NCBI GenBank assembly: GCA_041178085.1
Contig: JBEGVZ010000056.1
Span: 1 to 64,000 of the forward strand
Source: Pseudomonadota bacterium
Lineage (GTDB): Bacteria; Bdellovibrionota_B; Oligoflexia; Oligoflexales; RGVZ01
Direction: 5' to 3'
DNA length: 64,000 nt
The notes under the pieces are model-generated. The model did not search any database, was not told the DNA's origin, and saw nothing but the letters and a program-made list of their open reading frames with translations. A program made the position numbers and the translations under genes. Below, one piece after another: positions 8,768 through 18,680 of this stretch. Each line of letters opens with the position of its first letter. Positions within the stretch are counted from its first letter, which is position 1.

Positions 8768-9616
8768 TTGATTTCTCTGAAATCGGTCAAAAAGACGTTT
8801 GGCTCCCACCCGGGAGAAGTCCGGGTGTTGAAGGGCGTGACCTTTTCTGTTGCCCCTGGCGAGCGGGTGAGCATCCTTGGTCCAGGTGGCTGCGGTAAAT
8901 CGACGGTCCTGAAAATTGCGGTGGGCCTTCTGGAGCCGGATCGTAATGACAAAGGAAACATCCCCGAGGGTGCTGTAACCTTGGGCAATGTTGACATGTT
9001 CAACGGTCCCGACGCGGACCGGGAGCGGGTGCTGCGACAAGTTGGCATGGCATTCCAGCAGGGCGCCCTGTTCGACTTCATGACCGTCCGGGAAAACCTG
9101 GTGTTTGCAATGGAAAATATGACTTCGATGAACCCGGCAGACATGGAACGGGTGCTCAAGGGGCTGCTTGCGGGGGTCAAGCTTGGCCATACGGAGAACC
9201 TGTTTCCCTATGAACTTTCTGGCGGGATGCAACGGCGTGTCGGTATTGCCCGTGCCCTGGCCACCAGCCCCAGCATCGCCATCTTTGACGAACCAACCGC
9301 CGGACTTGATCCGGTTACTTCGACCATCATCCTGAATATGATCCATGAGCTCGGATCGGCTGGCGACCAGGCAAGGACCCTGCTTGTGGCAACGTCCAAC
9401 GTCGAGATCGCCATTCGCTTTGCAGAGCGCGTGGTAATCATCAACGACGGGGCCGTTGTGGCCGACGGGCACTGGCACGATCTGCTGATGAAGGGGGACG
9501 ACTGGGTACGTCACTTCCTTTCGGTTCGCTTGATTGGCCTTGACCTTGACTATGCGCGCGGGCTTAACCTGCCGAAACCTTTTCTGGCAGCCCACTGGGA
9601 GGCATCATCGACGTGA
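8768..9616 (+). CDS. ABC transporter ATP-binding protein, MlaF/Mkl-like
   Basis: GPGGCGKST, FQQGALFD, LSGGMQRRV, FDEPTAGLDP; TTG start after GGAGG (start uncertain). Confidence 0.85.
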   Translation: MISLKSVKKTFGSHPGEVRVLKGVTFSVAPGERVSILGPGGCGKSTVLKIAVGLLEPDRNDKGNIPEGAVTLGNVDMFNGPDADRERVLRQVGMAFQQGALFDFMTVRENLVFAMENMTSMNPADMERVLKGLLAGVKLGHTENLFPYELSGGMQRRVGIARALATSPSIAIFDEPTAGLDPVTSTIILNMIHELGSAGDQARTLLVATSNVEIAIRFAERVVIINDGAVVADGHWHDLLMKGDDWVRHFLSVRLIGLDLDYARGLNLPKPFLAAHWEASST

Positions 9617-10524
9617 CCAAACCAGCGAGGACAGCTCTGATCGTTACCGACATCGATAACACGGTCTTTGACTGGGTGACTTATTACGTGCGGAGTTTTT
9701 CCGCATTGCTTCGCGAAGTGGAAGGGGTCACCGGGATCAGTTACGCTAGACTCGCGGCGGAATCCCAGGAAGTCTTCACGCGGCATGGTTCGATTGAGTA
9801 TCCGTTTCTCATTCAGGAGTTGCCGAGCGTTGTCGCGCACTACGGTGACGACATTGATCTGATGCTGACGGAGGCTGTCGATCGCGGGCGCAGGGTGTTC
9901 ATGAAAACGGCAGAAGCGCACCTCAGACCATACGACAGCGTGGTGGAAACTCTGGTGAAGATCCGTGCCGATTACCCGGATGTGCCCCTGGTCGCGTTAA
10001 CTGATGCGCCGCGTTATGTGGCCATGTGGAAATTAAATAAGCTGGGGCTACTGCCTTATTTCAATGCCGTATACGGCCTTGCAGATCCACGGATTCCGAC
10101 CTGTGAACGCAACGGTCGCGTCAAAGTCGATCCTGAAATCCTGCTCAAACACTTGCAGCAGGTAAACTTTGGTTTCAAGGGGCGGATCCGTATCCTGCCA
10201 GATGATTATGAGAAGCCCGGGACTCGTGGATTAAAAACCGTCTTGATGGATTATTCGCTGGATGAGGATCCTGCTCACCGCCAAAGCGTCCTCTGGATTG
10301 GTGACAACTTGCGTAAGGATGTCGGCCTGGGTCAGAGGCTTGGTGTTCGCACCGCCTGGGCAAAATACGGGGTACTGACCAACGAAGAACTTTACCGGGA
10401 ATTGCATTTGTTCAGCCCGGTTGCCAATGTACACAAGAATGCAAGCTTCGCTGCTGGCGATAAAGACGCGCCGCAACCCGCATGTATCCTTGATAAATTC
10501 GCGGCGATTTTGGCTCACATTTAA
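9613..10524 (+). CDS. HAD-superfamily hydrolase
   Basis: TDIDNTVFDW motif I, LTD, EKP, WIGDNLRKD; GTGA coupling to the ABC ATPase. Confidence 0.85.
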   Translation: MTKPARTALIVTDIDNTVFDWVTYYVRSFSALLREVEGVTGISYARLAAESQEVFTRHGSIEYPFLIQELPSVVAHYGDDIDLMLTEAVDRGRRVFMKTAEAHLRPYDSVVETLVKIRADYPDVPLVALTDAPRYVAMWKLNKLGLLPYFNAVYGLADPRIPTCERNGRVKVDPEILLKHLQQVNFGFKGRIRILPDDYEKPGTRGLKTVLMDYSLDEDPAHRQSVLWIGDNLRKDVGLGQRLGVRTAWAKYGVLTNEELYRELHLFSPVANVHKNASFAAGDKDAPQPACILDKFAAILAHI

Positions 10525-10615
10525 ATTCCGGCATTATTTTTTGTGATGTTTTCCCATCACGCGAAGACCCCCGCGTTGTTACGCTCATGCGCGATTTTTG
10601 GGGTAAAATCCTTGT

Positions 10616-11662
10616 ATGGCGAAAATATACGGACATAGGCCCCTGCTGGCACGCTGCCTTGCAGCTGTGGCTCCTGTATGTGCGATGGTTTCAGGCACAG
10701 CCCTGGCCGTGGTCGACTCATCCGGCTCGCTGAAACAATCGGTGTCCGGTTACCGGGACAGCGCTGGCCAGGAACGCAGCAAGCTCGGCCTGGACGCCAA
10801 CATTAAACTAGGTTCCAGTAGCCTGTCACTGGGATTGACCCGGGAACGCATTGTCGATCAAGCCTGGCAGGAAAATAAATACCTGAAGGAACTTTACGGA
10901 CAGGGTGAGCGGATCAACGACGGTTTGAATCTGCTGGCGGGGTATACCGTTGCCAAGCTGACAGATATTCGTGTCGCGGCCAGCTACAGCAGCGACGATG
11001 TGGTTGAAACCCAGGTTGCTGGCGCGGGGGCGTCGCAATGGATGTTGCATGAGACGCTCCAGGCATCGCTTGATCTCACAAGGACCATGGTATCCCGGCC
11101 TGGATACGAGATCCTCGATTACGACGCAACCGTGCTGGCGGCGCCGCCTCGCATGGACTCGACTGCGGTCAGTGCGGGTTTGCGGCACCTGTCAACGCCA
11201 ACCACCATGACTCTTGCGACAGTGACATTATCGTCAAGCAACGATCGACCTCTGGCTCGTTACTACCATCTGGGTGTCCGGCAGTACGTGCCCTTTTTGT
11301 CTGGGGCGATCCACGCGGCGGCCTACCGTGGCCTCAATCGCGGGGGTTTGTCGACAGCAACTCTTTACGGCGAAGTCGATTCATGGACGGGCGATCTGGC
11401 GTGGGTGCAGGAGGCAGGAACTGCGACCCAAATCCGTATCGGCTGGCGGGTCTATCAGGAAAAAGAGGTAGGCCGCGCTTACGGCGATGTAACCCAGTTT
11501 GGCTCTGATCTGTGGTCTGTAAACCTTGTTCACGAGATTTCTGCGGGTAATTCGCTTCTTGCGGGGCGCCCGCTTTCGCTGGAAACCGGTTTTGCCCGGT
11601 ACATGAGCAACGAGGGTCTGACAGCAACGACAGCCAATTTCGGTCTGGCAGGGAAGTTCTGA
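10616..11662 (+). CDS. Outer-membrane beta-barrel protein, DUF3570-like
   Basis: Signal peptide ALA|V, amphipathic strands, C-terminal Phe; lies before DUF4266-like and TlpA genes. Confidence 0.55.
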   Translation: MAKIYGHRPLLARCLAAVAPVCAMVSGTALAVVDSSGSLKQSVSGYRDSAGQERSKLGLDANIKLGSSSLSLGLTRERIVDQAWQENKYLKELYGQGERINDGLNLLAGYTVAKLTDIRVAASYSSDDVVETQVAGAGASQWMLHETLQASLDLTRTMVSRPGYEILDYDATVLAAPPRMDSTAVSAGLRHLSTPTTMTLATVTLSSSNDRPLARYYHLGVRQYVPFLSGAIHAAAYRGLNRGGLSTATLYGEVDSWTGDLAWVQEAGTATQIRIGWRVYQEKEVGRAYGDVTQFGSDLWSVNLVHEISAGNSLLAGRPLSLETGFARYMSNEGLTATTANFGLAGKF

Positions 11663-11663
11663 C

Positions 11664-11927
11664 ATGATTCAAATTCGCCCGGTCAATTTCAGATTGCGCT
11701 CTTTCGGTGGGATGGCTTTGCCGTTGATCACGCTTTTCATCCTGTCCGGGTGCCGGACTTTAAAGCCTTACGAAAAAGAACATCTGCTTAAACCCGCCAT
11801 GGACGACGCCAGGCTTCAATCGCTGGAACCTGTCTATGCCCGTTCGACAGCGGCGCAGTTTGAGAAGCTTGCCGCCGGCGCGGCAGCGGGCGGAGGAGGG
11901 TCGTCATGCCCTACATGCGGAATATGA
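11664..11927 (+). CDS. Small lipoprotein, DUF4266-like
   Basis: Lipobox LSGC, LKPYEKEHLLKPAM, Gly-rich tail ending CPTCGI. Confidence 0.75.
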   Translation: MIQIRPVNFRLRSFGGMALPLITLFILSGCRTLKPYEKEHLLKPAMDDARLQSLEPVYARSTAAQFEKLAAGAAAGGGGSSCPTCGI

Positions 11928-13726
11928 CCTTAGCAACCAGCCGGATCCCTTTGCTTGCCATCGCGACCGTGGCGAGCATGGCTGCGGGCTGCGGTTCTCG
12001 CTTGCCGCGGGATGTTGTGATCAAGCGTCCATTGGCGAGCAGCGTCACGGAGATTGATCTTTCCCAGGTGATGTTCACGGACATCGACTCCGGCGAGAGC
12101 GTCAACGCCGGCCAGTACATGGACGATCATCAGAAGGACTACCTGCTACTTACGTTCGGTTCGCGCGCATGTTCAGCGTGCAACAAGAAGTCGCGCGAGT
12201 TACGTGACCGCTTTCTTGTCGGCGATGGTTTGCAGCTTGTGGATGGTCCGACCCAGCTCGAAGTGATCGGAGTCAACACAGACGCGGATTCGTTGACGCT
12301 GACCCAGCGTTTTGTGAAGTCCGAGCGTTTCAATTTCATCCGCTGGTCGGATCCTCGGGGCGAGGCAATGCTGCGTTGGTTCATGCCTGAGGGGCGCCCC
12401 TATGGCGTTCCCTTGACGGTGCTGGTCAATCGCAGGGGCATCCTGTGGAGTTATACGAACGAGTCGACAGCAACAGTGGAAGAGATCATCGACCGGGCAC
12501 GTCGTGTAGCCGGTGAAGATGCGAATCGCCCGGATCCACCTCCGCCTACCCCGACGCCGGAACCTGGCCACAGCAATGCAATACCCGCTCTTGCTTTTGT
12601 TCGTCCGGACCGCATGCGTGACGTTGCAGTTTATGCCTGCGGCGACCAGGATCGGGAAGTCCGGGGGCTCGCCTCTGCAATGCCGCTGTCGTCGACTGCG
12701 ACATTTTTTCACGTCGAGCGCGCCGGCTGCGGAGAGATGTGTGCCGCAAACCGGGATTTATTGACCAGGAAAATCAATGCGCGCATTGCTGGCGACCTGA
12801 AGGGCGCTTTCCTTTTTGCCGATGACGGCAAATCACCTTGTGCGCCGGTGGCAGCTGTCCCCGGAAAGTCACGGGAACCTCGCGTTTTCGATTTTGCAGG
12901 TGGCAAGGACTTCTTTGACGTGTTCGCAACCCACTTCGACTGGAACCACGCAGTCCGTGAAGGCGAGGACATGAAACTGAGCCTTGACCCCCTCGCGCCA
13001 GCCATCACTTTGGCCTTCGATCGCGGCGGCAAGCTGGTGTTCTCTGCCGAAGGGGCCATTGAGGAGTCAAACCTTGATGCTTTCCTGAGGTCTACTTGGT
13101 TGCCTCGAAATGTCCCGGGTGCTGCCCCATACGCGCGTGGTCCTGCCTGGAACTTTTTCGGGCAGCCGCTGCCTGGCCAGGCCGGCGCTGACATGAATTT
13201 CAGCGAATGGCGCAGCAAGGCTGATTTTTCTGTGATCAATGTCTTTGGTGAAAGTTGCGGCAGCTGCATGGCGGAGATGTCGCACTGGTCTCGTCCCGGT
13301 GGGCTCTTCTCCCTCTGCCAGGAAACTCCTGATTTCTGCTCTTTCGCAGCCCTTGAGAACGGATTACCCGCAAGCGCATTCACCGGGCCAGGCATGCTAT
13401 CCGGGCAGGAGCTGGATTCGTATTTGAGCGGAATCCGCTCGACATTGCAGAATCGCGGGATCTTCATTCCGACCCTGATGCTCGACCCGTACTCGCCGGA
13501 AAACGATGGTGGACTCGGCTACTTAAAGCGCTTCTTCGACGGCTATCTATCAGCGAAGAATCCGGAACTCGGCTTTGATTTCCGGACCGTGGTGACGGAC
13601 AGGGAAGGCAAGATCCTGGGAGTGTTCAAGGCAACGCCACCTGAAGACGGGAAGCAAGATCATGTCGAAGAATTCCTGGGGCGTCTGCGCACTGCCCGGG
13701 ATAAACAGCAAGGGAGTTCGTTATGA
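11924..13726 (+). CDS. Multi-thioredoxin-domain lipoprotein
   Basis: Lipobox AAGC; CSAC, CGEMC and CGSC motifs each in a TlpA/Trx-like context; ATGA coupling at both ends. Confidence 0.65.
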   Translation: MTLATSRIPLLAIATVASMAAGCGSRLPRDVVIKRPLASSVTEIDLSQVMFTDIDSGESVNAGQYMDDHQKDYLLLTFGSRACSACNKKSRELRDRFLVGDGLQLVDGPTQLEVIGVNTDADSLTLTQRFVKSERFNFIRWSDPRGEAMLRWFMPEGRPYGVPLTVLVNRRGILWSYTNESTATVEEIIDRARRVAGEDANRPDPPPPTPTPEPGHSNAIPALAFVRPDRMRDVAVYACGDQDREVRGLASAMPLSSTATFFHVERAGCGEMCAANRDLLTRKINARIAGDLKGAFLFADDGKSPCAPVAAVPGKSREPRVFDFAGGKDFFDVFATHFDWNHAVREGEDMKLSLDPLAPAITLAFDRGGKLVFSAEGAIEESNLDAFLRSTWLPRNVPGAAPYARGPAWNFFGQPLPGQAGADMNFSEWRSKADFSVINVFGESCGSCMAEMSHWSRPGGLFSLCQETPDFCSFAALENGLPASAFTGPGMLSGQELDSYLSGIRSTLQNRGIFIPTLMLDPYSPENDGGLGYLKRFFDGYLSAKNPELGFDFRTVVTDREGKILGVFKATPPEDGKQDHVEEFLGRLRTARDKQQGSSL

Positions 13727-14265
13727 AGCTAGGCAACTGTCTTGTTGGCTTTATGGTGACCAGTACGGTTTTCCTTACATCAGAAAATCCAATTCAGGCG
13801 GCCGTTACTGCCGGTGGGAGCTTTCCGGAAGCCCAGGTAATGCGCATTGTTGGCGGTGAAAAAGTCCCGGTTGCCAGGCAGGGCAAGGTCACCATGGTGA
13901 ACCTCTGGGCCACGTGGTGTGAGGCTTGCAAGGTGGAGATTGCCGAAATGGAAAAGGCCCTCTTGCCCGTCAAGGGTAAAGACGGGAGCAAGCCTGATTT
14001 GATGTTTGTCTCCCTCGACAAGGAACCGGAGAAGGCACGTGAGTGGTTTCGCAAAAACACGAAGGCCACCGAAGCCATGATGGATAACCTGTACTCAGAT
14101 CCGTCATTTGAGCTTGCAGAGAAGCTGGAGGCTGACTCGTTTCCCATGACAGTGGTGATCGGCAAGGACGGCAAGATCCTGCATGTTGAACGGGGATTCA
14201 AGGAAGGCGCTGAGGGTTCGGCGCAGGTGCGCAAGGTCGCCGAGTTGATGGAAGGTGCGCTTTGA
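13723..14265 (+). CDS. TlpA-family disulfide reductase
   Basis: VNLWATWCEACKVE, FVSLD, FPMTVVIGKDG. Confidence 0.9.
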   Translation: MKLGNCLVGFMVTSTVFLTSENPIQAAVTAGGSFPEAQVMRIVGGEKVPVARQGKVTMVNLWATWCEACKVEIAEMEKALLPVKGKDGSKPDLMFVSLDKEPEKAREWFRKNTKATEAMMDNLYSDPSFELAEKLEADSFPMTVVIGKDGKILHVERGFKEGAEGSAQVRKVAELMEGAL

Positions 14266-15104
14266 GGCGTATCCCCGCCTTTATTTCTTTGGCAGGAGTG
14301 AGTTTTTCACTCCTGTTTTTTTTCTTCCTGACCCAGGCTTCTTCGTTTGCGGGCTCTTTTAAAGTTCCCGATGACATCCCGGCGGTGCCATCGGTACCCG
14401 TGATGGACTTCGCGAATATGTTCCAGGAAGAGACCGAAATCGGATTAAATCAGATATTGTTCAAGCTGCGTCAAGCAGGCGGAAGCCAGGTTTTTGTCAT
14501 CACCGTGCCTGACCTGGGTGATCTCTCGATCGACCAGGCCGGCATCAAGATCGCGGACAAGCTGCGCCCTGGTGATGCCAAGAGGGACAATGGGGTAATC
14601 CTGCTGATTGCAAAAGCTGAACGCAAGGCGCGGATCGATGTCGGGTACGGCAATGAGGGCAACCTGCCCGATGCAATCGCCAAACGCATTGTGGACGAAG
14701 TCATCGCGCCACGCTTTAAGGCAGGCGCCTATGATGATGGGGTTGTGCGAGGCGTAGCATCGATTGTCTCTGCGACTGATCCAGAAATCATGGTCTCTTT
14801 GTCTGGACATCAGGGAGAAGGCACCACGCAACGTATTCAGCGTCGTCCGTCGGGATTCTTGATGTTCATCGCAATCTGTTTTGGCCTTTTCCTTATCTGC
14901 GGGCCGGTTATCTTGTCGATCGCCGCTTCCCTGATTTTTGGACCAGAGGCATTGAAGAAATTCAGTCGGGTGCGGCATGGGTACAGGGGCAGAAGTCATT
15001 CCGGGTGGGGTGGCGGATTCGGCGGGGGTGGGGGATTTGGTGGTGGGGGCTTCGGTGGGGGCGGTGGCGGCTTTGGCGGGGGAGGAGCTTCAGGCGGATG
15101 GTAA
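14262..15104 (+). CDS. TPM-domain protein (YgcG-like) with Gly-rich tail
   Basis: DNGVILLIAKAERKARIDVGYGNEG; TM helix; [14 protein letters not shown] end. Confidence 0.9.
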   Translation: MRRIPAFISLAGVSFSLLFFFFLTQASSFAGSFKVPDDIPAVPSVPVMDFANMFQEETEIGLNQILFKLRQAGGSQVFVITVPDLGDLSIDQAGIKIADKLRPGDAKRDNGVILLIAKAERKARIDVGYGNEGNLPDAIAKRIVDEVIAPRFKAGAYDDGVVRGVASIVSATDPEIMVSLSGHQGEGTTQRIQRRPSGFLMFIAICFGLFLICGPVILSIAASLIFGPEALKKFSRVRHGYRGRSHSGWGGGFGGGGGFGGGGFGGGGGGFGGGGASGGW

Positions 15105-15754
15105 ACGAAAATCAAACATCAAATGTACCGGTCTGGTTACGCAGGTATTTCAGTCCAGGCGATGCGGCAAAGGTCGAAGCAGCGATCAAGCGCGTTGAAA
15201 CGGCAACCGCTGGGGAACTCGTTGTGGCTCTGGCGCGCCGGTCCAGCGGAGTCGGACACGTTGCGGTCTTGACGGGTAGTTGTATGGCACTCCTTGCCGG
15301 CGAAGTCGCATGGATGCTGAACGCGACGACCATGGTGGCAACCGGGGTGGCCTTTTTGTCTTTTATACTTGGGTTTCTAGCTGGCCAACTGCCGTTCTTG
15401 CAGCGGTTTCTGACTACGCGTGGCGACCTCGAAATGCAAGTATTCAACGCAGCTGCAGCGGAGTTTTTAAGGGCCCGGATCAGCCACACATCAGCCGCTA
15501 CAGGCGTGCTCATTTATGTTTCCTTCATGGAGCACAGGGTGGTGGTGCTTGGTGATCACGCGATCGCATCAAAAGTTCAGCAGTCCGATTGGGACGCAAT
15601 CGTTTCGACCATCGTTGCGGGTTTGAAGTCAGGAAAATTCGCAGATGGGCTCACCGATGCCGTCCACAAGGCTGGCACCATGCTGTCTGTCAATTTTCCT
15701 CCGGTGGCTGAAAATAAAAATGAGCTTCATAATGACATTCGATACCTGGATTGA
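15098..15754 (+). CDS. TPM-domain membrane protein (partner of the YgcG-like protein)
   Basis: [38 protein letters not shown]. Confidence 0.85.
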   Translation: MVNENQTSNVPVWLRRYFSPGDAAKVEAAIKRVETATAGELVVALARRSSGVGHVAVLTGSCMALLAGEVAWMLNATTMVATGVAFLSFILGFLAGQLPFLQRFLTTRGDLEMQVFNAAAAEFLRARISHTSAATGVLIYVSFMEHRVVVLGDHAIASKVQQSDWDAIVSTIVAGLKSGKFADGLTDAVHKAGTMLSVNFPPVAENKNELHNDIRYLD

Positions 15755-16269
15755 TGCGCCGCGGGAACGTTTTTGAGGAATCGAAAATAGCGCTCAGGAG
15801 TCGTCCCTTGAAAAAACAGTTCAAGAAACCTTCTGATGAGGAACTCAAGCGGACCTTGACTCCCGAGCAATATCACATCACCCAACAATGTGGTACCGAA
15901 CCCCCTTTCAACAACGCGTTCTGGAATCACAAGGAACCAGGAATCTACGTCGATGTCGTCACGGGGGAGCCGCTTTTCTGTTCACTGGATACATACGATT
16001 CAGGGTCGGGTTGGCCTAGTTTTGTCCGCCCGCTCGTTCCCGGCAACATCATCAGCCGGGAAGACCGCAAGCTATTCTTCCAGGTCAGGACAGAAGTCCT
16101 TTCGAAGTCCGGGCAGTCCCATCTTGGGCACGTTTTTGATGATGGACCTGGGCCCACTGGATTGCGTTACTGCATCAATTCAGCTGCTTTGCGTTTTATC
16201 CCCGTCGACCGGCTTGAAGCAGAAGGTTACGGGGATTTCGTGGCGCTTTTCACGGGGAACCGATCGTGA
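15754..16269 (+). CDS. msrB: Peptide-methionine (R)-S-oxide reductase
   Basis: [34 protein letters not shown]. Confidence 0.97.
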   Translation: MRRGNVFEESKIALRSRPLKKQFKKPSDEELKRTLTPEQYHITQQCGTEPPFNNAFWNHKEPGIYVDVVTGEPLFCSLDTYDSGSGWPSFVRPLVPGNIISREDRKLFFQVRTEVLSKSGQSHLGHVFDDGPGPTGLRYCINSAALRFIPVDRLEAEGYGDFVALFTGNRS

Positions 16270-17389
16270 TCGTGACGGAATGTTTGCGACCGCCGCTTTC
16301 CTGAGCTTCTAGCGTCATCGCCGCTGGTTTTCCTTTGGATGCAGTCATGATTTTACCCAAGTCAATCGGCGCGGTAGTGAAGATCCACTTGGCAGCACTG
16401 CTGGGTGACTGGCTCATGCTCTTGACGACGACTTGGCTGGGCTGCGCGCCATCCGCCGCGATGCGGGCAGATACTTTTGACGTATCGAGGGTGACGGGCA
16501 GGGCAAGAAGCTCGGCTGCGCGTTCCGCAAGGTCGTTGGCCTGGTTCACAATTCTTACCCGCGCGGTATCGCCGGTAATTCTAGCAAGGTAGCCGGCCGG
16601 ATCGACCGGGTAGTCGCCTGTTGACGGGTTTAGCAACAGGGCGTTCACTGTGACCGATGGATTTGCTGCACGCAAGGCGTTCGCGGCTTCTTCCCCTGCG
16701 ATGGCGTGCGCATCCAGGTTGCCGGCCTGATTCATGATGTTGTTGATGGAGTTCGGGTCAAATGGGTTGAATGGTTGTATGCCAGGTACGTTGCCGCCTT
16801 CCGTGGGAAACCCATCCGAAATAAAGTACGTGACTTTGGCCTTGCGAGACGAAGAGGCGAGTCTTGCCGAGGCACGCTCAAGGGCCGCCTTGTAATTCGT
16901 GTTGCCACCGTCCCTGCGGCAAATGGTCGATGGTTGAGGATTGAATTGGGAAATGTCTGTTTCGGCCAGTACATCCGTCGCCGCGCTACCAAAGCCAATG
17001 ATGCTCAGCGTGATCTTGTCTTCTTTGGCGGCTGAGGCCTTCAGTTTGTCGGCGATGGTCCTGATCGCCTTATAACGTCCACAAGTGATGTTTGCCATGG
17101 ATCCAATCGCTGGATCATTGGTTCCCATGGATCCCGAGAAATCTACGACCATCTGGATGTGGACATCGCTCGAAACTGTCGGGCAAAGCTCGCCTGAGAT
17201 CGTCGCCATGCCGTTCGATTTTGAGAGTGTTGCCTGGTCAATCATGATGGCGGGGGAGTTGCAGGTCGCGCTGAGGCCGACGGCATCTGCACGTGCCGCC
17301 GCTTTTTTACCGCGGCTATTAAATGCCGCCTGGTCGCCACACGCCGTGACTGCGAACACCGAGAAAGCCATGATGGTCAGGAGACGCAT
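16250..17389 (-). CDS. von Willebrand factor A domain lipoprotein
   Basis: Lipobox VTAC; MIDAS DFSGS, GGNTNY, FISDG; start moved to ATG 17389 after a GAGGA RBS. Confidence 0.85.
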   Translation of the reverse strand: MRLLTIMAFSVFAVTACGDQAAFNSRGKKAAARADAVGLSATCNSPAIMIDQATLSKSNGMATISGELCPTVSSDVHIQMVVDFSGSMGTNDPAIGSMANITCGRYKAIRTIADKLKASAAKEDKITLSIIGFGSAATDVLAETDISQFNPQPSTICRRDGGNTNYKAALERASARLASSSRKAKVTYFISDGFPTEGGNVPGIQPFNPFDPNSINNIMNQAGNLDAHAIAGEEAANALRAANPSVTVNALLLNPSTGDYPVDPAGYLARITGDTARVRIVNQANDLAERAAELLALPVTLDTSKVSARIAADGAQPSQVVVKSMSQSPSSAAKWIFTTAPIDLGKIMTASKGKPAAMTLEAQESGGRKHSVTITIGSP

Positions 17390-17417
17390 TTTTCGATCCT
17401 CGATATAGCAATGTTTT

Positions 17418-17433
17418 TGCAAAAAACGGGCCG
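17418..17433 (-). promoter_or_regulatory. Putative sigma54 (-24/-12) promoter for the vWA gene
   Basis: Minus strand CGGCCCGTTTTTTGCA = GG-N10-GC, about 30 bp upstream of the start. Confidence 0.5.
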
Positions 17434-17648
17434 TTTTCGCGGCGTTGCAAATATCCGTAATGATTGGCGTCCGTTTTGGTATGTTGCTGAAAATGCAAAG
17501 TAATTTGACGATTTGCCCAATCCTTCGACGCGCATTCAGCAAGGCCCCACACTCACTTGCAGAGCATGATCTCGGGTAAAATCGATAGAACCCATTCAAA
17601 GTTTTCTTCGTGTTTCCGGGCGTCAACCTCAATTCCATGGAGGGAAAC

Positions 17649-18596
17649 ATGGACGCAAGATATTCCAGACCTGCATCTGTCACATGCCAACTCGGCACCA
17701 TCATCGCAACGGCTGCGTTGGTTGTTTCTTGTGGTAGCCCCATGGGGTCGCGCGGCGCAGCCTCCATCACTGATCCGGACTACCAGGGAACCAAGCATTA
17801 CTTCGGCTGGGCGGAATACCTTTCAGGCTTCATGGGCAACGAAACCCGCTACGACGTCCTCCATACGCACGACCTATTCACGAGTGGCTTTGGCGGCACT
17901 TATCATGGCCGAAAACTGACGGGACGCCCGGTCGATGGCGATGACATTCGCTCTGAGTGGGCATCAATTCGAGAGAACTTTCAGCGCGACGACATGTTCG
18001 TCCAATATTCCAGCGGTCACGGGTATAGCGATGGTCTGGGCGTCGGCGTGACATACGACGAGATCCGCGACAATGCGCTTGCCTTGGATGCCCGCGAGAC
18101 GATTGTGTTCACCATGGCCTGTTACTCTGGCAACCTGGTCGACTCATTCAACTCTCGCCGCACAGAATGGGAAAATTATCGCGCGGAAGGCCGTAACCTT
18201 TTCGTGATGGCGTCCAGTGAGAGTGACGACACGAGTTCCACTGGGCCGGGACGCGATCCGGATGAGCCCAATGGTCCCAACGGTAGCGCCGGCAGCGCCT
18301 TTGGGCATGCTCTGTGGAAGGCCCTGATCGGCTACGCCGATCGCCGTCCGCAAAATCAACTGAGCGCTTCGACGGGTAACGGCGACGGGCAGACGACCTT
18401 GGGTGAACTGATCAGCTACACCGTGCGAAAGACCCAGCAGGTTGGTGGACATACTCCAGTTTACACAGGCAGCTACGATCCTGCGTTGGTCATCGCAAAG
18501 GTGCCCACGCCTTCTGAGCTCGAGCGGGTGCTCGGGAACAGCGAGGCTGGACGCGCAGAACTTTCAGCATTGCGTGCGGATGGGCTGATCCAATGA
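17649..18596 (+). CDS. Clan CD cysteine peptidase lipoprotein (caspase/legumain C13-like)
   Basis: Lipobox VVSC; His-Cys dyad YSSGHG ... MACYSG. Confidence 0.7.
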   Translation: MDARYSRPASVTCQLGTIIATAALVVSCGSPMGSRGAASITDPDYQGTKHYFGWAEYLSGFMGNETRYDVLHTHDLFTSGFGGTYHGRKLTGRPVDGDDIRSEWASIRENFQRDDMFVQYSSGHGYSDGLGVGVTYDEIRDNALALDARETIVFTMACYSGNLVDSFNSRRTEWENYRAEGRNLFVMASSESDDTSSTGPGRDPDEPNGPNGSAGSAFGHALWKALIGYADRRPQNQLSASTGNGDGQTTLGELISYTVRKTQQVGGHTPVYTGSYDPALVIAKVPTPSELERVLGNSEAGRAELSALRADGLIQ

Positions 18597-18680
18597 TTTC
18601 GAATGACGGTATGTGTGAAGGATGGCCCAAACTCGGTTGTGCCTGAGAAATGCTTTTTCAACCAACCTTATGGAGGTGAT

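Noticed and set aside
8663..9595. 310-aa minus-strand ORF (and similar long antisense ORFs over tkt, PBP1A, rimK and the C39 gene)
   Set aside because: Shadow ORFs of well-supported genes in GC-rich DNA; no motifs
11906..11933. TGA right after the CPTCGI tail as possible selenocysteine
   Set aside because: The TGA is not in a Cys position, overlaps the next ATG (ATGA coupling), is followed by TAG two codons later, and no SECIS is evident
15003..15101. G-rich low-complexity repeat
   Set aside because: Encodes the ordinary Gly-rich tail of YgcG/TPM proteins
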